Positions 36,420 to 47,025 of a DNA stretch of 64,000 nt are shown piece after piece; the stretch's first letter is position 1, and every line of letters starts with the position of its first letter. Source of the DNA: an uncultured Actinomycetota bacterium (lineage in GTDB: Bacteria > Actinomycetota > Actinomycetes > JACCUZ01). The stretch covers positions 188,934 to 252,933 of the forward strand of contig CAVVAY010000013.1 in NCBI GenBank assembly GCA_963746465.1, written 5' to 3'. A program made the translations under genes and the position numbers. The notes below the pieces were generated by a model. The model was not told where the DNA came from, searched no databases, and worked only from the letters and a program-made list of their open reading frames with translations.

Positions 36420-38108
36420 TCAGAAGGGTGGGATGTCCGGTCCGAGCGGCGGGTCGGGGTCGGCCGGCTGCTTGCCGCCGCGGTCGGCCGGCTGCGTACC
36501 GCCGTGGTTGCCGGTGCGGGCTTGGTCGGTGAGCTGGTGGATGGCGTGCCGGAGTGGGGGTGGGTGCAGGTCGGGGTGGTCGATGACCTGGTGCGGCGGC
36601 ACCCGGTAGGTGCGCCGGGAGGGCAGGGTCCAGGTGGTGGTGCCGTCGGGGTCGACCCGGACGGTGGTGTCGGTGTGGGTCTTGATCCGGTGGTGCAGCC
36701 GGTGCACGGGGTGCAGGTTGGTCACCTCGGTGGCCCCGGCCGGCCAGGCCCGGACGTGGTCCAGGTCGGATTGGCGGGCCGGGATGCGGCAGCCGATGCC
36801 GCGGCAGGTGCCGTCGCGGGCGACCACGTGTTCGACCATGTCCTGGGGCGGGTCGTAGGTGTCGGCCGAGACCTCGTCGAGGCGCCCGGTGCGCGGGTCG
36901 ACCAGCAGCCGCCGCCAGGTCCCCTCGGCGGCGATCCGCCGGGCCAGCGGTGCGGTGATCGGGCCGGCCCCGGTCAGCTCGCCGGGTTCCTCGTCCAGCC
37001 CGAGCAGGGTGGACGCGGCCACCACCACCCCGATCTGCGGGCGGCGGCCCTTGACCCTGGGCAGCGGCTCGCCGCAGTCGGTCAGAGAGAGGGCCAGCCC
37101 GCGGGCGCCGATGCCGCCCAGCACGTCGGAGCGCCGCTGGTCCAGGGACCGGTGGTCGGTGCCGGCCGGGCCGCGGGCCGCGGTGGCGCAGCCGGTCAGC
37201 CACCGCCAGAACCCGTCCACCTCAGCCACCGGGCCGGTCCACTCCACGGTGGCGGCACCGTCCTGGCCCGGGTAGCGGATCACCCGGCGGGCCTCGACCT
37301 GCGCCTGCTCGCGCTTCTGCGCCGCGGCCGGGTCCGCGGCGATCACCGCCCGGCGCAACGCGGCCCGCAGCCCGGGCATCGTCTGCCCGCCCGCCCGGGC
37401 CAGCACTCGGGCCTCCACCCCGGCCGCCGCCTGGTCGTCGAGCACCGTGACCGCCTCGGCGATCGCCGCCGCCTTGGCCCGGTCGATCCGGCCACCGGCC
37501 AACGCCAGCCGCGTGGCCGGCAACCGGGCCAGGTCGCCGGCCAGGTCCACCCGCAGCAGCGCGCCCGAATGCGAGAGCTGGCAGGCCGCGGCGACCTCCG
37601 CCGCGGCCAGGTCCCGCGCCGACACCAGCTCCGGCGCCCCACCCTCGCCCACCCCGTCGCCCACCCCGCGCCAGCCCCGGGCCCGGCGGGTCAGCTCCGC
37701 CGTCGCCGCCAGCTCCACCCCCGCCGCCCACCCCGCCAGCCGGGACGCCGCCGCCACCGCCGCCACCACCCCGTCATCGGGCAGCTCAGCCAGGTCCACG
37801 GCGGACAGCGCCGCCGCTACCGCCGCACCCTCCAGATCCGCGTCCTGCTCCGGTGCGGCCGCCGCGGTCAGCACCGCCAACGGATCGCGACCCGCTCCGT
37901 GGTCGGGGGCGTCCTCGAACCCCGCCGGCGGCCCCTCGGCCACGATCTGGTCCAAGAACCGGTCCCAGTCCCGCTCCAGCGGATCGACCGGCACCTCTGC
38001 CGCCCACTCCGTGCGTGACTCGAGCGGCAGGTCATCCAGCGGCAGGTCATCCAGCGGCAGGTCATCCAGCGGCTGGTCGGCGGGCAGCGGTGGTGCTTCG
38101 ACGGTCAC
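36420..38108 (-). mobile_element. DUF222 plus HNH endonuclease gene (13E12/REP13E12-like)
   Basis: EVAAAC.LS, LPAT..AL..GRID..KA, DHRSLDQRRSD, GELTGAGPITA..ARR, RDGTCRGIGC..DLDHV..NL..HHRIKTH, WTLPS..Y, C-terminal PPF. RBS GGAGG. Confidence 0.85.
38023..38073. repeat. 15-bp tandem repeat x3 plus partial (AGCGGCAGGTCATCC), encoding PLDDL
   Basis: agcggcaggtcatcc read directly three times in tandem in the DUF222 N-terminal coding region. Confidence 0.9.
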
Positions 38109-38129
38109 GGCTGCCACCTCCCGGCGTAC

Positions 38130-38151
38130 TCGAACGTATGTTCGAATCCTA
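38130..38151 (-). promoter_or_regulatory. LexA (SOS) box TCGAAC-N4-GTTCGA abutting a -10 element TAGGAT
   Basis: tcgaacgtatgttcga at 38130-38145 matches the actinobacterial SOS consensus exactly. The minus strand reads TAGGAT-TCGAACATACGTTCGA just upstream of the RBS. Confidence 0.88.
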
Positions 38152-38167
38152 GCAGCAGCCACTTCTC

Positions 38168-38198
38168 CGACGGAAGACTTGTGCACAGCTTTCCGTCG
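38168..38198. terminator. Palindrome downstream of kynU (putative terminator) with a DnaA-box-like core
   Basis: CGACGGAA..TGTGCACA..TTCCGTCG. The central TTGTGCACA is one mismatch from TTGTCCACA. Confidence 0.45.
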
Positions 38199-38226
38199 CC
38201 CACCAACAGTTCCTCGGCAGCGGTCC

Positions 38227-39465
38227 TCAGGTGACCTTGGTCTGCTCGGCGTACCGCGCGTCGTCCTGCTCCCCCGCCGCGACCACCGCCGCAAGCTGCT
38301 CCACCGCCCGCACCACATCGACGTGCCGGACGTACAGCGGGGCGAAGCCGAGTCGCACCAGGTCGGGAGCGCGGAAGTCGCCGACCACCCGCCGGGCGAT
38401 CAGCGCCTGCACGACGCCGTACGCCGAGGGGTGCCGCAGCGAGACCTGGCTGCCGCGTTCGTGCGCCGCTCGTGGCGTGACGGGCTCGAAGCCCAGCGGC
38501 GCCAGCACCTCGTCCGCGAGCTCCAGGAACAAGGACGTCAGCGACAGGCTCTTGGTGCGCACGTCGCGCATCGACAACCCGTCGAACGCCCCGAGGGCCG
38601 CCTCGAGCGACAGCATCGACAGCATCGGGGGCGTGCCGGTGCGCATCCGGTCGATGCCCGGCGCCGGCCGGTAGCTGTCCTCCATCGCGAACGGCCGGGC
38701 GTGCCCCGTCCACCCGGCCAGTGGCGAGCTCACGGCGTCGTGGTGACGCCGCGCGACCATGACGTACGCCGGGGCGCCGGGGCCGCCGTTGAGGTACTTG
38801 TAGGTGCAGCCGACCGCGATGTCGACGTCGCATCCGCCCAGGTCCACCGGCAGCGCCCCCGCCGAGTGCGAGAGGTCCCACACCATGAGCGCCCCCGCGT
38901 CGTGCACCGCGCGAGTGATGCCGGCCATGTCGTGCGCCCGCCCTGTGCGGTAGTCGACGTGGGAGTAGCAGACGACGGCCACGTCGTCGTCGAGCACCGG
39001 CCCGACCGCACCCGGTTCGATCCGCATCACTCGCAGGCCGAGCAGGTCGCTCACCGCGTCAGCGACATAGAGGTCGGCCGGAAAGTTGCCCGGCTCGATC
39101 ACCAACGTGTCGCGACCGGGCCGCAGCCGCGCCGCCGCGACCAGCACCTTGAACAGGTTGGCCGACGTCGAGTCGGCCACCACGACCTCGTCGGCCTCGG
39201 CACCGACCAGCCGGGCGATCCGGGCACCGATCCGGCGCGGTGCGTCCCACCAGTCGTGGACGTTCCACGAGGTGATGAGGTCCTGCCCCCACTGCTGCTC
39301 CACGACGTCGCGCACCGTCTCGGGCACCGCGGCGGGCAGCGCGCCCAGCGAGTTGCCGTCGAGGTACACGAGACCGTCCGGCAGCACGAAACGCTCCCGG
39401 GCGACGGCAACCGGGTCGCCGGCGTCGAGCTGTTCGGCGCGGGCTCGCGCCTCCGTGAAGTCCAC
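38227..39465 (-). CDS. kynU: Kynureninase
   Basis: YLDGNSLG, DSTSANLFK, NFPADLY, WDLSHSAG, GCTYKYLNGGPGAP, RGSQVS, GDFRAPD. Confidence 0.95.
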   Translation of the reverse strand: MDFTEARARAEQLDAGDPVAVARERFVLPDGLVYLDGNSLGALPAAVPETVRDVVEQQWGQDLITSWNVHDWWDAPRRIGARIARLVGAEADEVVVADSTSANLFKVLVAAARLRPGRDTLVIEPGNFPADLYVADAVSDLLGLRVMRIEPGAVGPVLDDDVAVVCYSHVDYRTGRAHDMAGITRAVHDAGALMVWDLSHSAGALPVDLGGCDVDIAVGCTYKYLNGGPGAPAYVMVARRHHDAVSSPLAGWTGHARPFAMEDSYRPAPGIDRMRTGTPPMLSMLSLEAALGAFDGLSMRDVRTKSLSLTSLFLELADEVLAPLGFEPVTPRAAHERGSQVSLRHPSAYGVVQALIARRVVGDFRAPDLVRLGFAPLYVRHVDVVRAVEQLAAVVAAGEQDDARYAEQTKVT

Positions 39466-39519
39466 CCCCGCACCCTAGGACCCGGCCGGCACCGCCCAGG
39501 GACCTGGCAGCATGCCCGG

Positions 39520-39987
39520 GTGGCCGACAACACGCTCGACGTCCGGACCGTCCGCCCGGGAGAACCGGGCTGGGACAGCCACGTCGGGCTCTTCGCCGAC
39601 TACCGCGCCCACTACGGCCAGGACCGCGAGCCGCAGCAGTGCGACCAGTGGCTGCGCGAGCAGCTCGACGCCGGCCGCTACCACTGCTACCTCGCCCGCA
39701 GCGGGCCCGAGGACGCGACCGTCGGGATGGCCAACGTCGCCGTCTCCCCGGCGTCGATGGTGCTGTCGTTGTTCTGGCAGCTGCGGGACCTGTACGTCGC
39801 GCCGGAGCACCGGCGTCAGGGGGTCGGGCGAGCCCTCCTCGACGTCGTGGTCGCCGACGCGCGGGCCGCCGGTGCAGCCAGGATCAGCCTGCAGACCGAG
39901 ATCGGTAACGACCGGGCAGTGGCGCTCTACCGGAGCGCGGGCTTCGAGGTCGTCAGCGATCTGACGATGCTGAACCTGATGCTGTGA
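39520..39987 (+). CDS. GNAT N-acetyltransferase
   Basis: LFADYRAHYG, QLRDLYVAPEHRRQGVGRALL, LQTE.GN..A..LY...GF. Confidence 0.85.
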   Translation: MADNTLDVRTVRPGEPGWDSHVGLFADYRAHYGQDREPQQCDQWLREQLDAGRYHCYLARSGPEDATVGMANVAVSPASMVLSLFWQLRDLYVAPEHRRQGVGRALLDVVVADARAAGAARISLQTEIGNDRAVALYRSAGFEVVSDLTMLNLML

Positions 39988-39990
39988 CGC

Positions 39991-40866
39991 TCAGACGAAG
40001 ACGGCCAGCGCGCGGGTGACCTCGCCGCGGTCCTCCACCAGCGCCAGGAAACCGCCGTCCGGGCCGAAGACGGCCACCGGGCCCGGAGCACCGCTCGCCG
40101 GCAACGGTCCGCCGTGGGAGACGGCGACGGCGTCGGCCTCGTCGACGTCCCGGGAGGCGAAGGCGGCCCGCGCGGCGTCCGCGATCGGCAGCAGCACGAA
40201 GTCCTCGGCCAACGACTCGAGGGTGTGCGCGACGTCCAGGCCGTAGGGGCCGACGCGGGTCCGGCGCAGCATCGTGAGGTGACCGCCGACGCCGAGAGCG
40301 GCACCGAGGTCGCGGGCCAGCGCGCGCACGTACGTTCCGCTGGAGCAGACGACGTGCACGTCGACGTCCACCGTCGTCCCGGCCCCGGGCCGCATGGCAC
40401 CGATGTCGAACCGGCTCACCGTCACCGGTCGGGCGGCGAGCTCGACCTCCTCGCCGGCGCGGACCCGCTTGTACGCGCGCTGGCCGTCGATCTTGACCGC
40501 ACTGACCGACGACGGCACCTGCAGGATGTCGCCGGTGAGCTCGCGCGCCACTCCGGCGATCGCGTCAGCCGTCACAGCTGACGCGTCGGACGTGGCCACC
40601 ACGTCGCCCTCGGCGTCGTCGGTGACCGTCGTCGCCCCGAGCCGCACCGTCGCCTCGTACGCCTTCTCGGTCAGCGCCAGGTGCCCGAGCAGCCGGGTGG
40701 CGCGGTTGACGCCGACGACAAGGACGCCGGTCGCCATCGGGTCGAGAGTGCCTGCATGGCCGACCTTGCGGGTGCCCGCCAGCCGACGCACCCGTGCCAC
40801 GACGTCGTGCGAGGTCAGCCCGGCCGGCTTGTCGACGACTACCAGCCCGTCACCGGTCGCGGACAT
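39991..40866 (-). CDS. truB: tRNA pseudouridine(55) synthase
   Basis: [61 protein letters not shown]. Confidence 0.97.
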   Translation of the reverse strand: MSATGDGLVVVDKPAGLTSHDVVARVRRLAGTRKVGHAGTLDPMATGVLVVGVNRATRLLGHLALTEKAYEATVRLGATTVTDDAEGDVVATSDASAVTADAIAGVARELTGDILQVPSSVSAVKIDGQRAYKRVRAGEEVELAARPVTVSRFDIGAMRPGAGTTVDVDVHVVCSSGTYVRALARDLGAALGVGGHLTMLRRTRVGPYGLDVAHTLESLAEDFVLLPIADAARAAFASRDVDEADAVAVSHGGPLPASGAPGPVAVFGPDGGFLALVEDRGEVTRALAVFV

Positions 40867-41348
40867 CGGCCTCGTCGACCGAAGCGGCGGGCTGCGCGAG
40901 GTCCGACTCGTCGTCGTCCTCGTCGTCCACCCGCGGGCGCCTTGTAGGGGTCTGCCTCGCCGGCATACGTCGCCCCGGCGGCGGCGCGGTGCACCTCGGC
41001 GTCGGCCGCGGCCACCTTGGCCAGCAGGTCCTCGATGTGCGCCGCGTTCTCCGGGATCGCGTCGGCGATGAACGTCAAGGAGGGCGTGAGCCGTACGCCG
41101 GTCTGCTTGCCGACCTCGGAGCGCAGCACGCCGCGGGCGCTCTCCAGCGCCGCCGCGGTGTCGGCCCGCTGGGTCTCGTCACCGAGCACGGTGTAGAAGA
41201 CGGTCGCCTGCTGGAGGTCGCCGGTGACCCGGGCGTCGGTGATCGTGATGAACCCGAGCCGAGGGTCCTTCACTCGCATCTCCAGCGTCTCGGCAACCAC
41301 GACCTTGATCCGGTCGGCCAGCTTGCGCGCACGCGCAGCATCCACCAC
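40850..41348 (-). CDS. rbfA: Ribosome-binding factor A (likely 1-nt insertion near 40935)
   Basis: [49 protein letters not shown]. An acidic tail [10 protein letters not shown] appears in the shifted frame. Confidence 0.93.
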
Positions 41349-41350
41349 GG

Positions 41351-41671
41351 CTACTCGTCCCCTCTGCTCATGACGTCGTCGTCGGTGCCTTTGACCAGCT
41401 GCCTCCGGGCGGAGAGCAGATCCATCTCGGGGTGGCCCGCTACCAGCCGTTCGCACGCGTCGAGCACCTCGACGCAGTGCGCCCGGTCCGCGGCGACCAC
41501 CGCCACCCCGACGAGAGCGCGGCGGTGCAGGTCGAGGTGACCTGCCTCCGCCGCGCTCACGTCGTACTTCCTGCGCAGCTCGGCGACCAGGGGCCGCACG
41601 AGGGAGCGCTTCTGCTTCAGCGACCGGACGTCGCCCAGCAGCAGGTCGAAGGCGACGCTGCCAGTGAACAA
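41351..41671 (-). CDS. DUF503 (YlxP) family protein
   Basis: [33 protein letters not shown]. Between infB and rbfA. Confidence 0.88.
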   Translation of the reverse strand: MFTGSVAFDLLLGDVRSLKQKRSLVRPLVAELRRKYDVSAAEAGHLDLHRRALVGVAVVAADRAHCVEVLDACERLVAGHPEMDLLSARRQLVKGTDDDVMSRGDE

Positions 41672-41708
41672 CTCAGCACACGCTTCCTCGCTCTGACCGC
41701 TGGGTGGA

Positions 41709-44462
41709 TCAGGCCCGGGCCTTCTCCCGCATCTCGAAGGTCTCGATCACGTCGTCGACCTTGATGTCGTTGAACGACCCCAGGCCGATGCCGCACTCGT
41801 AACCCTCACGCACCTCGGTCGCGTCGTCCTTGAACCGCTTGAGCGACTCGACGGTGAGGTTGTCCGCCACGATGGCGCCGTCGCGGACCAGCCGTGCCTT
41901 GGCGTTGCGGCGGATCTCGCCGGTGCGCACCAGACAGCCGGCGATGTTGCCGAACTTGCTCGACCGGAACACCTCGCGGACCTCTGCGGTGCCGAGCTGC
42001 GCCTCCTCGTACTCGGGCTTGAGCATGCCCTTGAGCGCAGCCTCGACCTCGTCGATGGCCTGGTAGATCACCGAGTAGTAGCGGACGTCGACGCCCTCGC
42101 GGTCGATCAGGTCGGAGACCCGCTCGGCCGGCCGCACGTTGAAGCCGATGATGACGGCATCGGACGCGACGGCGAGGTTGACGTCGTTCTGGGTGATCGC
42201 GCCGACACCGCGGTCGATGACTCGCAGCTCGACCTCCTCGCCCACCTCGATGTTGAGCAGGGCGTCCTCGAGGGCCTCGACGGCACCCGAGCCGTCACCC
42301 TTGAGGATCAGGTTGAGCGTGTCGACCTTGCTCTGCTCCAGCCAGTCCTCGAGCGAGACGCGCTTGCGGGCCTTGGCCAAGGTGGCATTGCGCTGCATGG
42401 CCTGACGCTTCTCGGCGATCTGACGGGCGATCCGGTCCTCGTCGGCGACGAGGAACTTGTCGCCGGCGCCGGGCACCGAGGTGAAGCCGAGCACCTGCAC
42501 CGGACGCGACGGCAGCGCCACGTCGAGGTTCTCGCCGTGCTCGTCGAGCATGGCGCGGACCCGGCCGTAGGCGTCGCCGGCGACGATCGAGTCACCGACG
42601 GCGAGCGTTCCGCGCTGCACCAGGACGGTCGCGACCGGACCCCGGCCGCGGTCGAGGTGAGCCTCGATCGCGACACCGCGGGCCGGTGCGTCGGCGACGG
42701 CGCGCAGGTCGAGCGCGGCGTCGGCGGTGAGCAGGATCGACTCGAGCAGCTGCTCGATGTTGGTGCCCTGCTTGGCCGACACGTCGACGAAGATCGTCTC
42801 GCCGCCGTACTCCTCGGCCACCAGGTTGTACTCGGTCAGCTGCTGACGGACCTTCGCGGGGTTGGCGCCGTCGCTGTCGATCTTGTTGACCGCGACGACG
42901 ATCGGGACGTCGGCCGCCTGGGCGTGGTTGAGCGCCTCGATGGTCTGCGGCATGACGCCGTCGTCGGCTGCGACCACGAGCACCGCGATGTCGGTCACCT
43001 TGGCACCGCGGGCACGCATGGCCGTGAAGGCCTCGTGACCCGGGGTGTCGATGAAGGTGATCGCCCGCTCCTGGCCCTCGTGGGTCGTGTGGACCTGGTA
43101 GGCGCCGATCGACTGGGTGATGCCGCCGGCCTCGCCGGAGAGGACGTCGGTCTTGCGGATCGCGTCCAGCAGCCGGGTCTTTCCGTGGTCGACGTGACCC
43201 ATGACGGTGACGACCGGCGGTCGCGAGACGAGCTGGTCGTCGTCCCACTCCTCGCCCAGGAAGTCGATGTCGAACGAGTCGAGCAGCTCGCGGTCCTCGT
43301 CCTCGGGGCTGACGACCTGGATCGAGTAGCCCAGCTCGGAGCCGAGCAGCTGGAAGGTGTCCTCGTCCAGCGACTGGGTCGCGGTGGCCATCTCACCGAG
43401 GTGGAACAGCACCGTGACGAGCGACGCGGGGTTCGCGTCGATCTTCTCGGCGAAGTCGGTCAGCGAGGAGCCGCGGGCCAGCCGGACGATCGTCGTGCCG
43501 TCGCCGCGCGGGACCTGCACGCCGCCGATCGACGGCGCCGCCATGTTGTCGAACTCCTGGCGCCGCTGCTTCTTGGACTTCCGGCCGCGACGCGGGGGAC
43601 CACCGGGACGCCCGAAGGCACCTGCCGTGCCGCCACGGCGCGGACCGCCGCCGCGACCGCCACCGAAGCCGCCCGCGGGGCGACCGGCACCGGGACCGCC
43701 GCCGTAGCCGCCGCCACCACCGGCACCGGGTCGGCCGGCACCGCCGGGGGCGCCGGGCCGACCGCGACCGGCCGGTGCTCCCGGACGTCCGCCGGGACCA
43801 CCGGCACCGCCGTTGCGGCCCACGCCGGGAGCCGGCCGGGCCGGCATCATGCCGGGGTTGGGACGCGCGCCGCCGGGACCGCTGGCGCCGCCCGGACGGG
43901 CAGCGGGCGGACGGGGAGCTGCACCGGGACGGGGCATGCCCGTGGCGCCGTCGGTGGAGTACGGGTTGTTGCCCGGCCGCGGTGCGGCGGGGCGGCCCAT
44001 GCCGCTCGAGCCACCCGAGGTGAACGGGTTGTTGCCGGGCCGGGGCTGACCGGCCGGGCGCGGGGCCTGGCTGGGCCGGGCCGGGGCCTCGGGAGCGGAG
44101 GCGGCCGCAGCGGCGGGAGCCACCGCCGGGTCGGCCGGCGCGGGAGCCGCGGGCGCGGCGGGGGCCGGCGCGGGCGCCGGCGTGGCCTCGATCGGCGCGG
44201 GGCTGGGCGCCTCGACCGGGGCAGGGGTGGGGGCCGCCGGAGCGGCGGGAGCCGCCTTCTTGGCGGCCGCCTTCTTCGCGGGAGCCTTGGCCTCGGTAGG
44301 TGCCGCGGCGGGAAGGGCGTCCCGGAGCTTGCGTACGACGGGGGGCTCGACGGTCGACGAGGCCGAGCGGACGAACTCACCGAGTTCGTTCAGCTTGGCC
44401 ATGACGACCTTGCTCTCGACCCCGAGCTCCTTGGCGAGCTCGTAGACCCGGACCTTAGCCAC
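41709..44462 (-). CDS. infB: Translation initiation factor IF-2
   Basis: [12 protein letters not shown], Pro/Gly-rich linker, [26 protein letters not shown]. Confidence 0.98.
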   Translation of the reverse strand: MAKVRVYELAKELGVESKVVMAKLNELGEFVRSASSTVEPPVVRKLRDALPAAAPTEAKAPAKKAAAKKAAPAAPAAPTPAPVEAPSPAPIEATPAPAPAPAAPAAPAPADPAVAPAAAAASAPEAPARPSQAPRPAGQPRPGNNPFTSGGSSGMGRPAAPRPGNNPYSTDGATGMPRPGAAPRPPAARPGGASGPGGARPNPGMMPARPAPGVGRNGGAGGPGGRPGAPAGRGRPGAPGGAGRPGAGGGGGYGGGPGAGRPAGGFGGGRGGGPRRGGTAGAFGRPGGPPRRGRKSKKQRRQEFDNMAAPSIGGVQVPRGDGTTIVRLARGSSLTDFAEKIDANPASLVTVLFHLGEMATATQSLDEDTFQLLGSELGYSIQVVSPEDEDRELLDSFDIDFLGEEWDDDQLVSRPPVVTVMGHVDHGKTRLLDAIRKTDVLSGEAGGITQSIGAYQVHTTHEGQERAITFIDTPGHEAFTAMRARGAKVTDIAVLVVAADDGVMPQTIEALNHAQAADVPIVVAVNKIDSDGANPAKVRQQLTEYNLVAEEYGGETIFVDVSAKQGTNIEQLLESILLTADAALDLRAVADAPARGVAIEAHLDRGRGPVATVLVQRGTLAVGDSIVAGDAYGRVRAMLDEHGENLDVALPSRPVQVLGFTSVPGAGDKFLVADEDRIARQIAEKRQAMQRNATLAKARKRVSLEDWLEQSKVDTLNLILKGDGSGAVEALEDALLNIEVGEEVELRVIDRGVGAITQNDVNLAVASDAVIIGFNVRPAERVSDLIDREGVDVRYYSVIYQAIDEVEAALKGMLKPEYEEAQLGTAEVREVFRSSKFGNIAGCLVRTGEIRRNAKARLVRDGAIVADNLTVESLKRFKDDATEVREGYECGIGLGSFNDIKVDDVIETFEMREKARA

Positions 44463-44673
44463 ATCTCTCCTGTCTCGGTCCGGGCCGGATCATGGAGACC
44501 GGGGGTCGGACCGTCGTTACTTCACGGGGGCACTCATCGGTGCAGGCTCATCGGGTGCTCATGGCGTCTCGACTCGCTTCCGGATAGGGACGGTCGTGCT
44601 CAGCAGGCCGCGGGCGTGCCAGATCCGCGCCGGACGGCGCAGGGGTGCTCGCGGTCCTGGGCAGTCTAACGCC

Positions 44674-44925
44674 TCACGCTCCCGACAGCATCCCGCGCAG
44701 TGCGGCGGCATCCAGCGGGGGCGGCACGCGCAGAGCCCGCGGGAAGGCCTTCCGCCGCTCGGCCAGCTCCAGGCAGGCCAGGTCGCGGTGCAGGTGAGCC
44801 CCCCGGCCGGGCAGCCGGCGACCCGGGTCGGGCACCAGCGCGCCCTCGCGGGCGACCACCCGCAGCAGGTCGGCGGCGTCGGCGCGCTGCCGGCACCCGA
44901 CGCAGGTGCGGACCGGCGCGCTCAG
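44674..44925 (-). CDS. ylxR: YlxR/DUF448 (RnpM) family protein
   Basis: [34 protein letters not shown]. Probable CTG start overlapping the nusA stop. Confidence 0.85.
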   Translation of the reverse strand: MSAPVRTCVGCRQRADAADLLRVVAREGALVPDPGRRLPGRGAHLHRDLACLELAERRKAFPRALRVPPPLDAAALRGMLSGA

Positions 44926-45938
44926 ACCGAGCTCTCGGCGTCGCCCACCGGGGCGGCGGCCGCCGGCGGCTCGCGGGTGACGTCCGGCCGGATGTCGATC
45001 CGCCAGCCGGTGAGCCGGGCCGCCAGCCGGGCGTTCTGGCCCTCCTTGCCGATCGCCAGCGAGAGCTGGTAGTCGGGCACCGTGATCCGGGCCGACCGGG
45101 CCGCCAGGTCGACGATCTCGACGTGCAGCACCTTGGCCGGCTGCAGCGCCTCGGCGAGGAACCGTGCCGGGTCCTCCGACCAGTCGACGATGTCGATCTT
45201 CTCGCCGTGCAGCTCGGCCATCACGGCCCGGGCCCGCGCGCCCATCGGCCCGATGCAGGATCCCTTGGCGTTCACCCCGGCCCGGTTGGACTTCACCGCG
45301 ATCTTGGTGCGGTGCCCGGCCTCGCGGGCGACGGCCGCGATCTCGACGGTGCCGTCAGCGATCTCCGGCACCTCCAGCGCGAACAGCTTGCGGACCAGGT
45401 TGGGGTGGGTGCGGGACAGCATGATCGACGGCCCACGGGCGCCCTTGCGCACCTGGACGACGTAGCAGCGCAGCCGGCTGCCGTGCTCGTAGTTCTCCCC
45501 CGGCACCTGCTCGGGCGGCGGCAGCACGGCCTCGATCCGGCCGAGGTCGACGAACACGTTGCGCGGGTCCTTGCCCTGCTGGACCACGCCGCTGACGATG
45601 TCGCCCTCCTTGCCGGAGAACTCGCCGAAGGTCTGCTCGTCCTCGGCGTCGCGCAGCCGCTGCAGGATGACCTGCTTGGCGGTGGTGGCGGCGATCCGGC
45701 CGAACCCGGTGGGGGTGTCGTCCCACTCGCGCAGCACGTTGCCGTCGTCGTCGGTCTCCGCCGCCCAGACGGTGACGTGGCCGTTCTTGCGGTCCAGCTC
45801 GACCCGCGCCCGGGGCTGGTGGCCCTCGGTGCGCTGGTAGGCGATGAGCAGGGCCGACTCGATGGCCTCGACGAGCATCGAGAAGGAGACCTCCTTCTCG
45901 CGCTCCAGCGCGCGCAGTGCGCCCATGTCGATGTCCAC
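44922..45938 (-). CDS. nusA: Transcription termination/antitermination factor NusA
   Basis: [64 protein letters not shown]. Confidence 0.97.
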   Translation of the reverse strand: MDIDMGALRALEREKEVSFSMLVEAIESALLIAYQRTEGHQPRARVELDRKNGHVTVWAAETDDDGNVLREWDDTPTGFGRIAATTAKQVILQRLRDAEDEQTFGEFSGKEGDIVSGVVQQGKDPRNVFVDLGRIEAVLPPPEQVPGENYEHGSRLRCYVVQVRKGARGPSIMLSRTHPNLVRKLFALEVPEIADGTVEIAAVAREAGHRTKIAVKSNRAGVNAKGSCIGPMGARARAVMAELHGEKIDIVDWSEDPARFLAEALQPAKVLHVEIVDLAARSARITVPDYQLSLAIGKEGQNARLAARLTGWRIDIRPDVTREPPAAAAPVGDAESSV

Positions 45939-45941
45939 AGC

Positions 45942-46436
45942 TCAGTCCTCCTCTGGTGTCTCGTCAGTGGTCCCCCGCGGACGGTTGAACTCGATCTCGA
46001 CCCGGCCCGAGGAGATCCGGTCCCAGACCAGCCGGGTCAGGACGCCGTCGGACTCGACACCGATGCCGTCGTCGTCGACCTCCACCAGCCGGCCGGCCAG
46101 CGAGGTGCCCTCGACGGTGGCAACCTTCACCAGCCGGGTGAGGTTGCGCCGGAAGTGCCGGGGCTCGGTGAGCGGCCGGTCGACCCCGGGCGAGCTGACC
46201 TCCAGCACGTACGGCGAGCCGCCCATCGGGTCGCGCTCGTCCAGCACCGCGGAGACCGCGGTGCTGACCGCCGCCACGGTGTCCAGCTCCAGCCCGCCGT
46301 CGCGGTCGACGACCACGCGCAGCAGGCGGCGCTTGCCCGCCGGCGTGATGACGACGTCCTCGAGGTCCAGGCCCTCGGCGGCCACCACGGGCTCGAGCAG
46401 CCTGACGAGCGAGTCACGGTCCGATGCCTTGCCCAT
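45942..46436 (-). CDS. rimP: Ribosome maturation factor RimP
   Basis: GLDLEDV, LRVVVDRDGG, YVLEVSSPGVDRPL. Confidence 0.95.
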   Translation of the reverse strand: MGKASDRDSLVRLLEPVVAAEGLDLEDVVITPAGKRRLLRVVVDRDGGLELDTVAAVSTAVSAVLDERDPMGGSPYVLEVSSPGVDRPLTEPRHFRRNLTRLVKVATVEGTSLAGRLVEVDDDGIGVESDGVLTRLVWDRISSGRVEIEFNRPRGTTDETPEED

Positions 46437-46539
46437 GCGGACCTCCTCGCTCTGCTGTTGTCGTCCGGCGCGCTCCGGCGCCGCCGGCCCCGCGTCCTGC
46501 TCCGAGGGTAGCGGGTGCGGCGCATGCGATCATGCCGCC

Positions 46540-47025
46540 GTGCAGGACCGCCTCCCACGCCGCGCGGTGCTGGCGACCGGCACGCTGCTCACCCTGTCCG
46601 CCTGCCTGCCCGACGGTCCGGAACCCGAGCGCCCCGACCCGGACCTCCTGCTGCGGCGTCACGTCGCTGCCGAGGTGAGCGACCTGGTCGCCGCCTACGC
46701 CGCTGTCGTGACGGCCTTCCCCCAGGCCCCGCAGGTCGGCACGCTGCGCGCCCTCGCCGCGGAGCACGAGGCGCACGTGGCGGCGCTGACCGGCCCACCG
46801 CCCAGCCAGGCGTCGGCGTCACCGTCGGCGACCCCGGCTCCCCCGACCGTGCCGTCGACGGTGCCGGCCGCACTCCGTTGGCTGACCGGCCTCGAGCGGG
46901 CTGCCGCCACCCGACGGAGCCGGCAGTCGCTGCGCGCCGGCGCCGACCTGGCGCGGCTGCTGGCGGCCGTCGGCGCCTGCGAGACCACCCACGCCGTCCT
47001 GCTCGCGGGCGAGGCCGGCGGATGA
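46540..47025 (+). CDS. Putative Tat lipoprotein, ferritin-like (Rv2843-like)
   Basis: PRRAVL..LSAC signal/lipobox, AEHEAHVAAL, LARLLAAVGACE..HA. Divergent from rimP. Confidence 0.7.
   Translation: MQDRLPRRAVLATGTLLTLSACLPDGPEPERPDPDLLLRRHVAAEVSDLVAAYAAVVTAFPQAPQVGTLRALAAEHEAHVAALTGPPPSQASASPSATPAPPTVPSTVPAALRWLTGLERAAATRRSRQSLRAGADLARLLAAVGACETTHAVLLAGEAGG

Noticed and set aside
28474-40000. Accessory block as a single integrative element or prophage
   Set aside because: No integrase, tRNA or att repeats, or phage genes were seen. It looks like piecemeal accumulation at a variable site.
43600-44300. Pro/Ala/Gly-rich low-complexity stretch
   Set aside because: This is the normal actinobacterial IF-2 N-terminal linker.
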